From assembly GCA_035607175.1 (NCBI GenBank), contig DATNCP010000075.1, forward strand, positions 7,774 to 71,773: DNA of 64,000 bases, given 5' to 3'. Source of the DNA: Burkholderiales bacterium. Its GTDB lineage: Bacteria > Pseudomonadota > Gammaproteobacteria > Burkholderiales > SG8-39. Positions 18,420 through 29,372 of this stretch are shown piece by piece (the first letter of the stretch is position 1; each line of letters opens with the position of its first letter). The notes under the pieces were generated by a model, which had not been told where the DNA came from, searched no databases, and saw only the letters and a list, made by a program, of their open reading frames with translations. A program made the position numbers and the translations under genes.

Positions 18420-19047
18420 CCTCCGTGCGGGCGCGGTGCTCGGCATCATGGTGCTGGCGACGGCCTGTTCCACTCAGCCCGTGACGACAGTCGAAGTCAG
18501 CTGGGTCGCTCCCCAGCTGCCGGAAACGCCATTCAAGAAGCTGCTGATCATCACCGTGGCGAGCGAAGAGTTCGTGCAGATCGCCTTCCAGGACCAGATG
18601 GCGGCGCAGTTGCAGAAGCGCGGCGTCAACGCCGTGGCGTCCCGCCGCTATTTCACCCGCTACACCGACGCCGAGAAAGCGCGCTTCATGCAGAGCATCG
18701 CCGAGTCGGGAGCCGATTTCATCCTGCTCGCGCGCGTCACCAATACCGACATCGGCACGCTGGAGAACCGCGGCACGATCGTCGGATACGATGGCTTGCC
18801 CTACGCGGATGCGAACAGCGTCAACGGCGCCTATGCGCGCGCCTTCACGGGCGGAATGCGCGAAGGGGGCGACCACTCGGTGAAAACCGTGACCGCGGAG
18901 ACGTCGATCTTTGCCGTGCAGGGCCAGAAGCTGATCTGGTCCGTGAGGACCAAGTCGACCAATGCCCACCGCAAGACCGGCGAAGAGGGCGCGGCGCTGT
19001 ATATCCCCGTCATCCTCGAGGCGATGAAGAAGGACAGGCTGATCTGA
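18409..19047 (+). CDS. Lipoprotein (DUF4136-like), paralog 2
   Basis: GTG start 11 nt inside the previous gene. Lipobox 'VLATAC'. Paralogous to 17808..18419. Confidence 0.7.
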   Translation: MFSNLRAGAVLGIMVLATACSTQPVTTVEVSWVAPQLPETPFKKLLIITVASEEFVQIAFQDQMAAQLQKRGVNAVASRRYFTRYTDAEKARFMQSIAESGADFILLARVTNTDIGTLENRGTIVGYDGLPYADANSVNGAYARAFTGGMREGGDHSVKTVTAETSIFAVQGQKLIWSVRTKSTNAHRKTGEEGAALYIPVILEAMKKDRLI

Positions 19048-19050
19048 CCT

Positions 19051-22000
19051 TCAGCCCACCCAGAGCCGCGCGTTCCTGAAAAGCTGCATCCACGGCGAAT
19101 CCTCGCCGCGGCCGGGCGGCGACCACGACATCTGCAGGGTGCGGAAGACGCGCTCGGGATGGGGCATGACGATGGTGAAGCGCCCGTCGGCGGTGGTCAC
19201 GCCGGTGATTCCCTGCGGCGAGCCGCTCGGATTGAACGGATAGCGGTCGGCGACCGCGCCGCGGTTGTCGACGTAGCGCATGGCCACGATCGCGTGCCTT
19301 TGATCGTCTTTTTCGAAAAATGCCCTTCCTTCCCCGTGCGCCGTCACTACGGGGATACGACTCCCCGCCATGCCGCGGAAAAGGATCGACGGGCTGTCGG
19401 TGATTTCGACCATCACCAGCCGCGCCTCGAACTGCTCCGAGCGGTTGCGCACGAACACCGGCCAGTGCTCCGCCCCGGGGACGAGCTCCTTCAGCTGCCC
19501 CATCATCTGGCAGCCGTTGCAGGCGCCCAGAACGAACGTGTCCTTGCGCGCGAAGAAGGCTTCGAATTCCGCGCGCGTACGCTCGTTGTGGAGGATGGTG
19601 CTCGCCCAACCGCGGCCGCCGCCGAGCACGTCGCCGTACGAGAAGCCGCCGCCGGCCGAGAAGCCCTTGAAGCCCGCCAGCGTCACGCGCCCCGCGATGA
19701 GATCGGTCATGTGCACGTCGACCGACTCGAAGCCGACGCGATCGAAGGCCGCCGCCATCTCCACCTGGCCGTTGACGCCCTGCTCCCGCAGGATCGCGAC
19801 CTTCGGCCTCGCCCTTGAGCCGACAGCGACGCTCTTCTCTTCGAAGGTGAGATGGATCGAGAGGCCCGGATCATCGGGTGCGATGAGGCGGTCGTACTCC
19901 TCGCGCGCGCACTCCGGGTTGTCGCGCAGCGCCTGCATGCGGTAGGTGGTCTCGCTCCAGGCGCGCTGCACGTGGTCGCGCCGGTTCTTGTAGATCGTCC
20001 GATTGTTGCGGGTGATGCGGATCTCGTCGCGCGCATTGAGCTGGCCGACGACCTGGCTGCACTCGCCCAGCCCCGCCGCGCGCAGGCGCTCCATCACGCG
20101 CGCGCGATCGCCGGCGCGAACCTGCAGCAGCGCGCCGAGCTCCTCGGAGAACAGCGCCGCGAGCGCAAGGTCCTTCGCCTTGCCGGCGAGCTGCTCCTCG
20201 GCGCCGCGGCGAAACGCATCGACGTCGTCGCTCGCCGCCTCGAAGGCCAGCGCGTCGATGCTGAGCGTCACGCCGCAATGCCCGGCGAACGCCATCTCGC
20301 ACGCGGCGACGAACAGCCCGCCGTCGGAGCGGTCGTGGTAGGCGAGGATCAGCGCCCGGTTTGCCTGGATGAACTCGAAAAAGCGCTGCAGCAGCGCGGG
20401 ATCGTCGAGGTCGGGGCAGGCATCGCCGAGCGCGCCGTGCACCTGCGCCAGGATCGAGCCGCCGAGGCGGTTCCTGCCGCGCCCGAGGTCGATCAGCACC
20501 AGCTCGGTGTCGCCGGCGTCGGTGCGAAGCTGCGGCGTGAGCGCCTCGCCGACGTCGCCCACCGGCGCGAAAGCGGTGACGATCAGCGAAAGCGGCGCGA
20601 CGATCTCTTTCCCCTGCCACGAGGTCTGCATCGACAGCGAATCCTTGCCGACCGGAATGGCGACACCGAGCGCCGGGCAAAGCTCGAGGGCCACCGCCTT
20701 CACCGTGTCGTAGAGCGCGGCGTCCTCGCCGGGATAGCCCGCCGCCGCCATCCAGTTCGCCGACAGCTTGATGCTGGACAGGGAAGGAATCTGCGCCGAC
20801 GCGATATTGGTAATCGCCTCCGCGACCGCCATCCGTCCCGACGCAGGCGCGTCGATGAGCGCGAGCGGCGTGCGCTCGCCGAGCGCGAATGCCTCGCCTG
20901 CCTTGCCTTCGAAGTCGCGCAGGGTCACGGCGCAGTCGGCGACCGGGACTTGCCACGGGCCGACGAAGGGATCGCGAGCGCACAGACCGCCGACGGTGCG
21001 ATCGCCGATCGCGATCAGGAAGGTCTTGTCCGCCACCGCCGGATGGCGCAGGACGCGATGGATCGCGCCCTCCAGCGAGATCTTCTCCAGGGAGAAGGCG
21101 TGCAATTCCGCCGGCACGCGCTTCACGTCGCGCAGCATCCGCGGCGGCTTGCCGAGGACCATCTCCAGGTCGACGTCGATCGGCTTGTTCCGGAACTTCG
21201 GATCCTCGACCACCAGCCTGCCGTCGTCGCTCGCCTTGCCCAGCACGGCGAACGGGCAGCGTTCCCGCCCGCAAATCGCCCGAAACGCTTCCAGGCTGGA
21301 AGGATGAATGGCCAGAACGTAGCGTTCCTGCGACTCGTTGCACCAGATCTCGCGCGGCGACATGCCGCTGTCCTCGGCGGGCACGGCGCGCAGGTCGAGG
21401 CGCGCGCCACGCCCTGCGCCGTGCGCAAGCTCCGGCAGCGCGTTCGAAAGCCCGCCCGCGCCGACGTCGTGGATCGAGAGGATCGGGTTCTTCTCGCCAA
21501 GCTGCCAGCAGCGGTCGATGACTTCCTGCGCGCGGCGCTGGATCTCGGCGTTGTCGCGCTGCACCGAGTCGAAGTCGAGGTTCTCGACGTTGGTCCCCGC
21601 GCCCATCGACGAGGCGGCGCCGCCGCCCATGCCGATCAGCAGCCCCGGCCCGCCGAGCTGGATGAACAGCGCGCCGGCCGGCACGGCCGCCTTCTTCGAC
21701 TGCGGGGCGCTGATCGCGCCGATGCCGCCGGCCAGCATGATCGGCTTGTGATAGCCGCGGTTGCCGAGCTCGAAGGTGCGGAAATAGCCGCACAGGCTCG
21801 GCCGGCCGAACTCGTTGTTGAACGCCGCCGCGCCAATCGGCCCGTCGAGCATGATGTCGAGCGCCGACGCGATGCGCTCCGGCTTCCCCGGGCCGCCCTC
21901 CTCCCAGGGCTGCATGTGCCCGGGGATGCGCAGATGCGAGACCGAGTAGCCGACCAGGCCGGCCTTCGGCTTGGCGCCGCGTCCGGTCGCGCCTTCGTCG

Positions 22001-22914
22001 CGGATCTCGCCGCCGGCCCCGGTCGCCGCGCCGGGAAAGGGCGAGATCGCGGTCGGGTGATTGTGCGTCTCGCACTTCATCACCGTGTGCGTCAGCTCCG
22101 GCTGCTGTCGGTAAACGAAATTCCCGTCGGCGAAAAATCTCTTCGCGAGCACCCCCTCCATGATCGCGGCGTTGTCGGAGTACGCCACCACCGTGCCCTG
22201 CGGCGAGACCGCGTGCGTGTGCCGGATCATCGCGAACAGCGACTGGGGCTGCCGCACGCCGTCGATGATCCATTCGCCGTTGAAGATCTTGTGGCGACAG
22301 TGCTCGGAGTTCGCCTGCGCGAACATGGTCAGCTCGGCGTCGCTCGGATCGCGCCCCATCGCGCGGTAGGCCTGTTCCAGGTACTCGATCTCGTCTTCGC
22401 TCAAGGCAAGCCCGAGCTCCCGGTTCGCTTTCTCCAGGTCCTTGACGGAAACAAGCTGCAGCGGCCGGGGAGGCACGTGCTCGAACAGCCTGCTCGCCTC
22501 GTCGAGGGAACGCAGCACCGTTTCGGTCATGCGGTCGTGCAGCGCTGCGGAGAGATCCCTGCCGGCGCCGCCGATGCGGTAGGCGGTGCCGCGCTCGATG
22601 CGCTTCACCTTGCCGAGGCCGCAGTTGCGCGCAATGTCGGTCGCCTTCGACGACCAGGGCGACAACGTGCCGATGCGCGGCACCACCAGATAGAACTCGC
22701 CTTTCCCGTCTTCTGCCGGAGTCCCGTAAGCGAGCAGGCGCTCGAGCCGCGCCCGCTCGGCAGCGCTCAGTTCTGCCGTGGTCTCGATGAAATGGTGATG
22801 CCCGGCGGCCACCGAGCGCACGCCGGGATCCATTTTCTGCAGGGACGCAACGAGCTTGGCGAGGCGAAACTCCGACAGCGCCCGCGGGCCTCGGAGCTGG
22901 AGGATGTCGGCCAC
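19051..22914 (-). CDS. purL: Phosphoribosylformylglycinamidine synthase (large single-chain form)
   Basis: 1287 aa from the GTG at 22914 ('[21 protein letters not shown]'). Contains the FGAM synthetase core and a C-terminal glutaminase ('GACNGCQMM'). The upstream extension of ORF 19051..23448 overlaps the preceding gene and was rejected. Confidence 0.95.
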   Translation of the reverse strand: MADILQLRGPRALSEFRLAKLVASLQKMDPGVRSVAAGHHHFIETTAELSAAERARLERLLAYGTPAEDGKGEFYLVVPRIGTLSPWSSKATDIARNCGLGKVKRIERGTAYRIGGAGRDLSAALHDRMTETVLRSLDEASRLFEHVPPRPLQLVSVKDLEKANRELGLALSEDEIEYLEQAYRAMGRDPSDAELTMFAQANSEHCRHKIFNGEWIIDGVRQPQSLFAMIRHTHAVSPQGTVVAYSDNAAIMEGVLAKRFFADGNFVYRQQPELTHTVMKCETHNHPTAISPFPGAATGAGGEIRDEGATGRGAKPKAGLVGYSVSHLRIPGHMQPWEEGGPGKPERIASALDIMLDGPIGAAAFNNEFGRPSLCGYFRTFELGNRGYHKPIMLAGGIGAISAPQSKKAAVPAGALFIQLGGPGLLIGMGGGAASSMGAGTNVENLDFDSVQRDNAEIQRRAQEVIDRCWQLGEKNPILSIHDVGAGGLSNALPELAHGAGRGARLDLRAVPAEDSGMSPREIWCNESQERYVLAIHPSSLEAFRAICGRERCPFAVLGKASDDGRLVVEDPKFRNKPIDVDLEMVLGKPPRMLRDVKRVPAELHAFSLEKISLEGAIHRVLRHPAVADKTFLIAIGDRTVGGLCARDPFVGPWQVPVADCAVTLRDFEGKAGEAFALGERTPLALIDAPASGRMAVAEAITNIASAQIPSLSSIKLSANWMAAAGYPGEDAALYDTVKAVALELCPALGVAIPVGKDSLSMQTSWQGKEIVAPLSLIVTAFAPVGDVGEALTPQLRTDAGDTELVLIDLGRGRNRLGGSILAQVHGALGDACPDLDDPALLQRFFEFIQANRALILAYHDRSDGGLFVAACEMAFAGHCGVTLSIDALAFEAASDDVDAFRRGAEEQLAGKAKDLALAALFSEELGALLQVRAGDRARVMERLRAAGLGECSQVVGQLNARDEIRITRNNRTIYKNRRDHVQRAWSETTYRMQALRDNPECAREEYDRLIAPDDPGLSIHLTFEEKSVAVGSRARPKVAILREQGVNGQVEMAAAFDRVGFESVDVHMTDLIAGRVTLAGFKGFSAGGGFSYGDVLGGGRGWASTILHNERTRAEFEAFFARKDTFVLGACNGCQMMGQLKELVPGAEHWPVFVRNRSEQFEARLVMVEITDSPSILFRGMAGSRIPVVTAHGEGRAFFEKDDQRHAIVAMRYVDNRGAVADRYPFNPSGSPQGITGVTTADGRFTIVMPHPERVFRTLQMSWSPPGRGEDSPWMQLFRNARLWVG

Positions 22915-25808
22915 TAGTTCTTGACCTGGGGCTCCTTGATCGTGCCGCCGAGGTGCAGCGTCGCGCTGACCGCGCGGCCGCCGCTGCTCGACTTGACGTC
23001 GGCCACGATACGGCCGGTCAGCGCGCCGCTCTGCGCGATATCGGCGCTGGCGCCGGCGTTGAGCGCGCCGGCGCCGATGGCGACATTGCGCAGCGAGACC
23101 GCGCCGCGGTCGTAAGTCGCCTGGCCGCTCAGCTCGTTGAACTGGGTCCGGCCGGCGTACTCCTTGCCCGAGGTGCGGATCACGCGGCCGAGATCGAAGC
23201 TGCCGAGTACCCCGGAGCTGATCGTGAAATTGCCTTCCAGCCTGCCGCCCGCGCCGAGCTTCGCCGGCTCCGGGCCGCTCATCGAGAAACGGCCGGTGCC
23301 TTCGCCCTTGCCCTCGGAGAGCAGCGCCGGCGCAAAGACCGCGGCGTTGATGTTGCGCGCCGTGACCACGCCGTCGATGCTCCAGCCGCCGCTCCAGCGC
23401 AGGTTGGCGGTGCCGGAGACGCTGCCGCCGAAGATCTTGCCGCCCCACTCGGCGATGGTCATGCCGCGCTGGCTGGCGGTGCCCTTCATGCCGAAATCGC
23501 TCAGGGTCACTTCGGGGAGGATCGGCAGCGGAAAGCCGCTCGCGGTGACGACGAACTCGACGCCGTTCGGCGCCGGCGTGATCCTGGCGAGCAGCGTGTC
23601 GGGGCCGCGGATCGTCGCCGAGCGCAGCGCGCCGTCTTCGCCGTAGACGAGCTCGGCCTCGAGCGGCTCGGGGAGCTTGGCGGCGCCGGTCACCTCGAGG
23701 TTGCGCAACACGAGGCGGTTGACCGTGAAGTTGTCGCCCTTCACCTTGGCGAGCAGGGCTTGTCCGATGGCTTCCTGCGGCAGCTTCACGCCGCTGAGCT
23801 CGATGCGCGTGAAAGTCTTCTTCTCGCCGCGCAGCGCCTCGAACTCGGGGGTCGCGGAGCCGTTCGCGATCCTCACGTCGTCGCCGAGCCGAATGTCCTT
23901 GAGCTTGATTTCCAGCCCGCCGATGAGCGACAGGCGCGCCTCGCCGATCTTCACCGGCTTGCCGAATGCCTCGGAGGCGGCGCGCTCGTAGTCGCCGGTC
24001 GACACCGGCATCACGTGCACCGCGCCGACCGCCGCGACGAGCAGCAGCACCAGCGTCATCGCGACCGGCTTGCCCCAGCCCGACTTCTTGCGTCGCAGCG
24101 ACGGCGGCTCGACGACGCTTGCCGGCCCGCCGCCACGGCGACCCATCATGCGTTTCCTGACCTCGTCCGTGTCCTCGCCGACCGCGACCGCGGGGCCGCG
24201 CGTCGCCTTGGCGGCAAGCACCTCGTCCGCCTTGGCCTTGCGCTCGCGCTCGTCGGCCTCTTTCTTGCGCCGCTCTTCCTCGTCGTGCAGGCGCTTTTCT
24301 TCCTTCTCGCGCGTGCGCGCAAGCTCTTCCTCTTCCTCCCGCTTGCGCCGCTTCTCCTCTTCCTTGCGCGCGCGCGCCTCTTCCTTCTTCTGGCGCTCGG
24401 CCTCTTCGCGCTCGCGCCGCTCGGCGTCCTCGCGCGCCCGCCGGTCGGCCACTTCCTTGGCCTTGCGCTCGGCCTCTTCTTTCTCCTTGCGATCCGATTC
24501 CTCGCGCGTGGTGAAGGAATCGAGGTCCGCCATCAGCGAATCGAGGCCGCCGGCCGCCTCCGACTTGGCCGGCGCTTCTTCCTTCTTCTTCTTCGCCTTG
24601 GGCGCGGCCTGCTGCTCTTCCTCCTCCTGCTCGCGCTTGCGGCGGGCGGAACGCTCCTCTTCCTCGCGGCGTTCGGCTGCATCTTCCTCTTCGCGCTGCT
24701 TGCGCTTCGCCGCCCGCTCTTCCTCCGCGCGCCGGTCCTCCTCGTCGCGCGCCTTGCGCCGCTCCGCCTCCTCCGCGTCCTCTCGCTTGCGCCGCTCGGC
24801 CCGCTCCGCCTCCTCGCGCTTGCGCTCCTCCTCGTGCTGGCGGCGCATCTTTTCGGCCTCTTCCTTGGCCTTGCGCTCGGCTTCCTCGCGCGCCTTGCGC
24901 GCCGCTTCCTCGGCCTCCTTGCGCGCCCGCTCCGCCTCCTTGCGTGCCCGTTCGGCCTCTTCGCGCGCCTTGCGCGCTTCTTCCTCGGCGGCCTTGCGCA
25001 CCCGCTCGGCCTCTTCGCGCGCCTTGCGCGCTTCCTCCTCGGCCGCCTTGCGCGCCCGCTCGGCCTCCTCTCGCGCCTTGCGCTCGGCCTCGACCCTGGC
25101 CTTCGCTTCGGCGTCAGCCTTGGCCTTCGCCTCCGCGGCGGCCTTGGCCGCGGCGTCGCGCGCGGCCTTGATCTTGGCGTCGGCTTCGGCCTTGGCCCGG
25201 GCTTCGGCCTCCTCCTTCATCTTCTTCTCGGCGTCGGAGCGGGCCTTGGCCTCCATCTCGGTACGCATCTTGGCTTCGGCTTCCAGCTTGACGCGCTGGC
25301 GCTCGGCATCGGCCTTCGCCTCCGCCTCCTCGCGCGCCTTCTGCAGCGCCGACTGCTGCGCCTTGGCTTGCGCGTCGGCGGCCGGATTGGGCCTCGGCGG
25401 CGGCGGTGGCGGCGGTGCTGCCGGCCTCGGCGGCGGCGCCGCTGGCCGGGATGGGGCCGGTGCTGCCTTGGGCACGCCGAGGGAGCTGAAATCGAGGTCG
25501 CCCCCGGAATCGTCGGCGGCGGGCTTGGCCGCCGGCTTGCCGGCCGGCGCCTTTGCGGCGGGTGCGGCCGTCTTGCTTGCCGCGCCCGGCGACGCTTCGC
25601 GGATGAAGCCGTCCTTGTCGAGCTTCGAAATCAGCGTCTGGAAGGCGTTGTCGAAGCTCTTGCCGACCTTCTGGGCCACGTCGGCGAGGGTGGCCCGGCC
25701 ATCGATCGCCGAGAGCACCGCCCGATCGCCGCGCTCGAGGAAGCTGGTCTTGCCCGACGCCTCCTGGACGCCTTTGCCGGACTTCGAATAGATGGCGGTC
25801 GGGTTCAT
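22914..25808 (-). CDS. Large chimeric membrane protein: N-terminal small domain, Pro-rich linker, E/R/K/A-rich helical tract, one TM helix, periplasmic AsmA-like C-terminal region
   Basis: 964-aa ORF. aa 1-75 form a globular-looking domain. aa 76-145 are Ala/Pro-rich, including 'PPPPPPP'. aa about 146-535 are almost only E/R/K/A/D. A basic '[10 protein letters not shown]' stretch precedes the TM '[22 protein letters not shown]' (nt 24003-24068). The C-terminal 360 aa are Gly/beta-rich and end '[14 protein letters not shown]', like AsmA-family C-termini. The stop overlaps the purL GTG by 1 nt. Confidence 0.8.
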   Translation of the reverse strand: MNPTAIYSKSGKGVQEASGKTSFLERGDRAVLSAIDGRATLADVAQKVGKSFDNAFQTLISKLDKDGFIREASPGAASKTAAPAAKAPAGKPAAKPAADDSGGDLDFSSLGVPKAAPAPSRPAAPPPRPAAPPPPPPPRPNPAADAQAKAQQSALQKAREEAEAKADAERQRVKLEAEAKMRTEMEAKARSDAEKKMKEEAEARAKAEADAKIKAARDAAAKAAAEAKAKADAEAKARVEAERKAREEAERARKAAEEEARKAREEAERVRKAAEEEARKAREEAERARKEAERARKEAEEAARKAREEAERKAKEEAEKMRRQHEEERKREEAERAERRKREDAEEAERRKARDEEDRRAEEERAAKRKQREEEDAAERREEEERSARRKREQEEEEQQAAPKAKKKKEEAPAKSEAAGGLDSLMADLDSFTTREESDRKEKEEAERKAKEVADRRAREDAERREREEAERQKKEEARARKEEEKRRKREEEEELARTREKEEKRLHDEEERRKKEADERERKAKADEVLAAKATRGPAVAVGEDTDEVRKRMMGRRGGGPASVVEPPSLRRKKSGWGKPVAMTLVLLLVAAVGAVHVMPVSTGDYERAASEAFGKPVKIGEARLSLIGGLEIKLKDIRLGDDVRIANGSATPEFEALRGEKKTFTRIELSGVKLPQEAIGQALLAKVKGDNFTVNRLVLRNLEVTGAAKLPEPLEAELVYGEDGALRSATIRGPDTLLARITPAPNGVEFVVTASGFPLPILPEVTLSDFGMKGTASQRGMTIAEWGGKIFGGSVSGTANLRWSGGWSIDGVVTARNINAAVFAPALLSEGKGEGTGRFSMSGPEPAKLGAGGRLEGNFTISSGVLGSFDLGRVIRTSGKEYAGRTQFNELSGQATYDRGAVSLRNVAIGAGALNAGASADIAQSGALTGRIVADVKSSSGGRAVSATLHLGGTIKEPQVKN
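24947..25054. repeat. Tandem 54-bp coding repeat (2 units, about 93% identical) inside the charged tract
   Basis: Units 24947-25000 and 25001-25054 differ at 4 of 54 positions. They encode '[17 protein letters not shown](V/A)' twice. Confidence 0.85.
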
Positions 25809-25826
25809 TCTTTCGTTCTTATTATA

Positions 25827-28800
25827 TTAGGCAGGCGCATAACCGCCGCCGCCCGGGCTCTCGATGACGAAAACGTCGCCAGCGGCCATCTCGGTCTGAT
25901 CGAAGGGGCCGAGCTCGCTCAACCGGCCGTCGACTCGCTCGACGAAGTTGTGCCCGGGCAACCCGGGCTCGCCGCCCGCCATGCCGTGCGGGCGAACCTT
26001 GCGGTGGCCTGAAAGGATGGCGGCGGTCATCGGCTCGAGAAAGCGCACCCGGCGTACCGCGCCCTCGCCGCCGCGCCAGCGGCCGCGCCCGCCCGAGCCG
26101 CGACGGATCTCGAAGCTCTCGAGGAGCACCGGGAAGCGCCACTCCAGCACCTCCGGGTCGGTGAGGCGCGAGTTGGTCATGTGGGTTTGCACCACGTCGG
26201 CGCCGTCGAAGCCGGGACCCGCGCCCGAGCCGCCGGCGACGGTCTCGTAGTACTGGTAGCGGTCGTTGCCGAAGGTGAAATTGTTCATGGTGCCCTGCGA
26301 AGCGGCGAGCACGCCGAGCGCGCCGTAAAGGGCGTCGGTAATGCACTGCGAAGTCTCGACGTTGCCGGCGACCACCGCCGCGGGATAGCGCGGCCGCAGC
26401 ATGCAGCCATCCGGGATCAGGACCTCGAGCGGCTTCAGGCAGCCGGCGTTGAGCGGGATGTCGTCGTCGACCAGGGTGCGGAAGACGTAGAGGACCGCCG
26501 CCATGCACACGGCCGAGGGTGCATTGAAGTTGTTCGGCAGCTGCGCGGACGTGCCGCTGAAATCGATTCTTGCGGTCCTCCGGTCGCTGCCGATGGCGAT
26601 CTTCACCTTGATGACGGCGCCGTTGTCGAGGGGGAGCGAAAAACTGCCATCCTTCAACACGCCGAGCACCCGCCGCACCGACTCCTCGGCATTGTCCTGG
26701 ACGTGCCTCATATAGGCGCGCACCACCTCGAGGCCGAAGTGCTCGACCATGCGGCCGAGCTCCTGCACGCCCTTTTCGTTCGCCGCCACCTGCGCCCGCA
26801 GGTCGGCGATGTTCTGCCGCACGTTGCGCACCGGGTGCTTCCCCGAGCCGAGCAACGCGACGGTTTCTTCCTCGCGCCAGCGACCGCCTTCGACGAGAAG
26901 GAAGTTGTCGATCAGCACGCCCTCCTCCTCGACCACCTTCGAGCCCGGCGGCATCGACCCCGGCGTGATCCCGCCGATGTCGGCATGATGGCCGCGCGAA
27001 CCGACGTAGAAGAGGATTTCCTGCCGATCGAAGACCGGCGTGATCACCGTCACGTCCGGCAGGTGCGTGCCGCCGTTGTAGGGCGCGTTCAGCACGTAGA
27101 CGTCGCCGGGCTTCATCTTTCCCGCGTTCAGGCGGATCACGGTCTTGATCGATTCGCCCATCGAGCCGAGGTGCACCGGCATGTGCGGCGCATTTGCGAT
27201 CAGGTTCCCCTGCGCATCGAACAGCGCGCAGGAAAAATCGAGCCGCTCCTTGATGTTCACCGAGTAGGCGGTGTTCTGCAGGCGCAGCCCCATCTGCTCG
27301 GCGATCGACATGAACAGGTTGTTGAAGATCTCCAGCATCACCGGGTCGACCGAGGTACCGACGGCCTTGCCGCTGCTCCGCTCCTTCGTTCTCTCCAGCA
27401 CCAAATGATCAAGGTTGGTGACGGTGGCCCGCCATTCAGGCTCTACCACCGTCGTCGCGTTGGCTTCGGCGATGATCGCCGGGCCGTCGATCTTCTGACC
27501 GGCGGCGAGCTCCTCGCGGCGGTAGAGCGGTGCTTCGTGCCAGCGACCGGCGCTGAACACGCGCACCCGCTCGACCGCGCTCGCCGGAGGCTTTCTCGAG
27601 CCGGCCTGCTCCGAAATCTCTTCGCCCCTGGCAATCGCCTCGACGGAGAGCGCCTCGGCAACGAGCTTGCGACCCGGCATGAGGAACGAGAACTGCTTGC
27701 GGTATGCAGCTTCGAACTGCGCCGTCATCTCCGCGACCGACCCGAGCATGACCGGCAGCGCGGTATCGGTGCCCTCGTACTTCAAATGGACCCGCTGGAC
27801 GATGTGCTGGGCCGCGACACCCTGCGCGGCAAGGTCGTTGCGCGCCTCGGCGGCAAGCTCATCGGCCTTTGCCTGCAGCGCGGCCAGCTCCGTGAGCGGC
27901 GCCTCGACCGAGCGCTCGCGCATCGCCACCTGGTCGGCGAGCCCCATGCCGTAGGCGGACAGCACGCCCGCGTGCGGGTGGATGAAGACGCGCTTCATCG
28001 CGAGCGCGTCGGCGACCAGGCAGGCATGCTGGCCGGCGGCGCCGCCGAAGCAGCACAGCGTATAGGCGGTGACGTCGTGGCCGCGCTGCACCGAGATGTG
28101 CTTGATCGCGTTCGCCATGTTGCCGACAGCGATGCGGATGAAGCCTTCCGCGACCTCCTGCTCAGAGCGCCCGTCGTTGACTTGCCGTTTCAGTGCCTTG
28201 AACTTCGCTTCGACCGTCAGGCGGTCCAGTTCTTCGTCCCCGCCCTTCCCGAACACCTTCGGGAAATATTTCGGCTGGATCTTGCCGAGCATCACGTTGG
28301 CGTCGGTGACGGTGAGCGGCCCGCCGCGCCGGTAGCTCGCCGGCCCGGGCACGGCGCCCGCCGAATCGGGCCCGACGCGGTAGCGCGAGCCGTCGAAGTG
28401 GAGGATCGAGCCGCCGCCCGCCGCGACGGTGTGGATGCGCATCATCGGCGCGCGCATCCGCACGCCCGCGACCAGGGTCTCGAACTCGCGCTCCAGCTCG
28501 CCCGCGTAGTGCGATACGTCGGTCGAGGTGCCGCCCATGTCGAAGCCGATGATCCGGTCGAAGCCCGCTGCCGCCGCGGTGCGCACCGCGCCGACGATGC
28601 CCCCGGCCGGTCCCGAAAGAATCGCGTCCTTGCCCTGGAAGCGGCGCGCGTCGGTGAGGCCGCCGTTCGACTGCATGAAAAGCAGCCGCGCGTTGCCGAG
28701 ATCCGCGGCGACCTGCCCGACGTAGCGGCGCAGGATCGGCGACAGGTAGGCGTCGACCACCGTCGTATCGCCGCGGCCGACGAGCTTCATCAGCGGGCTG

Positions 28801-29372
28801 ACCTCGTGGGAGACGGAAACCTGCGTGAAGCCGACCTGCTTCGCGAGTGCCTTGACCGCTTGCTCATGCGCGGTGAAGCGATAGCCGTGCATGAAGACGA
28901 TTGCCACGGAACGGTAGCCCTCCGCGTACGCTTTTTTCAAATCAATTTCCGTACGGGAAAGGTCGAGAGGAACAACGACTTCCCCTCTTGCCCCGATCCG
29001 CTCCTCCACCTCGACGACTTTCGAATACAGCATCTCCGGCAGCACGATGTGCCGGTCGAAGATGCGCGGCCGGTTCTGGTAGGCGATGCGCAGCGCATCG
29101 CGAAAGCCGCGGGTAATGAACAGCGCGGTTCGCTCGCCCTTGCGCTCGAGGAGCGCGTTGGTGGCGACGGTCGTGCCCATCTTCACGCTGTCGATCTTCT
29201 CGACCGGCACCGGATCGCCCAGGAAATGCTTGATCCCGGCGATCGCCGCGTCGGCGTAGCGCCCGGGGTTCTCGGAAAGCAGCTTGTGCGTCGCGAGCCT
29301 GCCGTCGGGCTGGCGCGCGACGATGTCGGTGAACGTGCCGCCCCGGTCGATCCAGAACTGCCAGCCGCTCAT
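25827..29372 (-). CDS. Fused hydantoinase A/B family enzyme (5-oxoprolinase / ATP-dependent lactamase type)
   Basis: 1181 aa from the ATG at 29372 ('[18 protein letters not shown]'). HyuA-like N-half and HyuB-like C-half ('...[14 protein letters not shown]'). ATGA overlap with the upstream hydrolase gene. The ORF extension to 30575 was rejected. Confidence 0.9.
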   Translation of the reverse strand: MSGWQFWIDRGGTFTDIVARQPDGRLATHKLLSENPGRYADAAIAGIKHFLGDPVPVEKIDSVKMGTTVATNALLERKGERTALFITRGFRDALRIAYQNRPRIFDRHIVLPEMLYSKVVEVEERIGARGEVVVPLDLSRTEIDLKKAYAEGYRSVAIVFMHGYRFTAHEQAVKALAKQVGFTQVSVSHEVSPLMKLVGRGDTTVVDAYLSPILRRYVGQVAADLGNARLLFMQSNGGLTDARRFQGKDAILSGPAGGIVGAVRTAAAAGFDRIIGFDMGGTSTDVSHYAGELEREFETLVAGVRMRAPMMRIHTVAAGGGSILHFDGSRYRVGPDSAGAVPGPASYRRGGPLTVTDANVMLGKIQPKYFPKVFGKGGDEELDRLTVEAKFKALKRQVNDGRSEQEVAEGFIRIAVGNMANAIKHISVQRGHDVTAYTLCCFGGAAGQHACLVADALAMKRVFIHPHAGVLSAYGMGLADQVAMRERSVEAPLTELAALQAKADELAAEARNDLAAQGVAAQHIVQRVHLKYEGTDTALPVMLGSVAEMTAQFEAAYRKQFSFLMPGRKLVAEALSVEAIARGEEISEQAGSRKPPASAVERVRVFSAGRWHEAPLYRREELAAGQKIDGPAIIAEANATTVVEPEWRATVTNLDHLVLERTKERSSGKAVGTSVDPVMLEIFNNLFMSIAEQMGLRLQNTAYSVNIKERLDFSCALFDAQGNLIANAPHMPVHLGSMGESIKTVIRLNAGKMKPGDVYVLNAPYNGGTHLPDVTVITPVFDRQEILFYVGSRGHHADIGGITPGSMPPGSKVVEEEGVLIDNFLLVEGGRWREEETVALLGSGKHPVRNVRQNIADLRAQVAANEKGVQELGRMVEHFGLEVVRAYMRHVQDNAEESVRRVLGVLKDGSFSLPLDNGAVIKVKIAIGSDRRTARIDFSGTSAQLPNNFNAPSAVCMAAVLYVFRTLVDDDIPLNAGCLKPLEVLIPDGCMLRPRYPAAVVAGNVETSQCITDALYGALGVLAASQGTMNNFTFGNDRYQYYETVAGGSGAGPGFDGADVVQTHMTNSRLTDPEVLEWRFPVLLESFEIRRGSGGRGRWRGGEGAVRRVRFLEPMTAAILSGHRKVRPHGMAGGEPGLPGHNFVERVDGRLSELGPFDQTEMAAGDVFVIESPGGGGYAPA

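Noticed and set aside
24200-25400. Highly repetitive GC-rich DNA that could be mistaken for a CRISPR-like or satellite array
   Set aside because: It is in frame within a long ORF and encodes E/R/K/A repeats. It has no repeat-spacer organisation and no cas genes.
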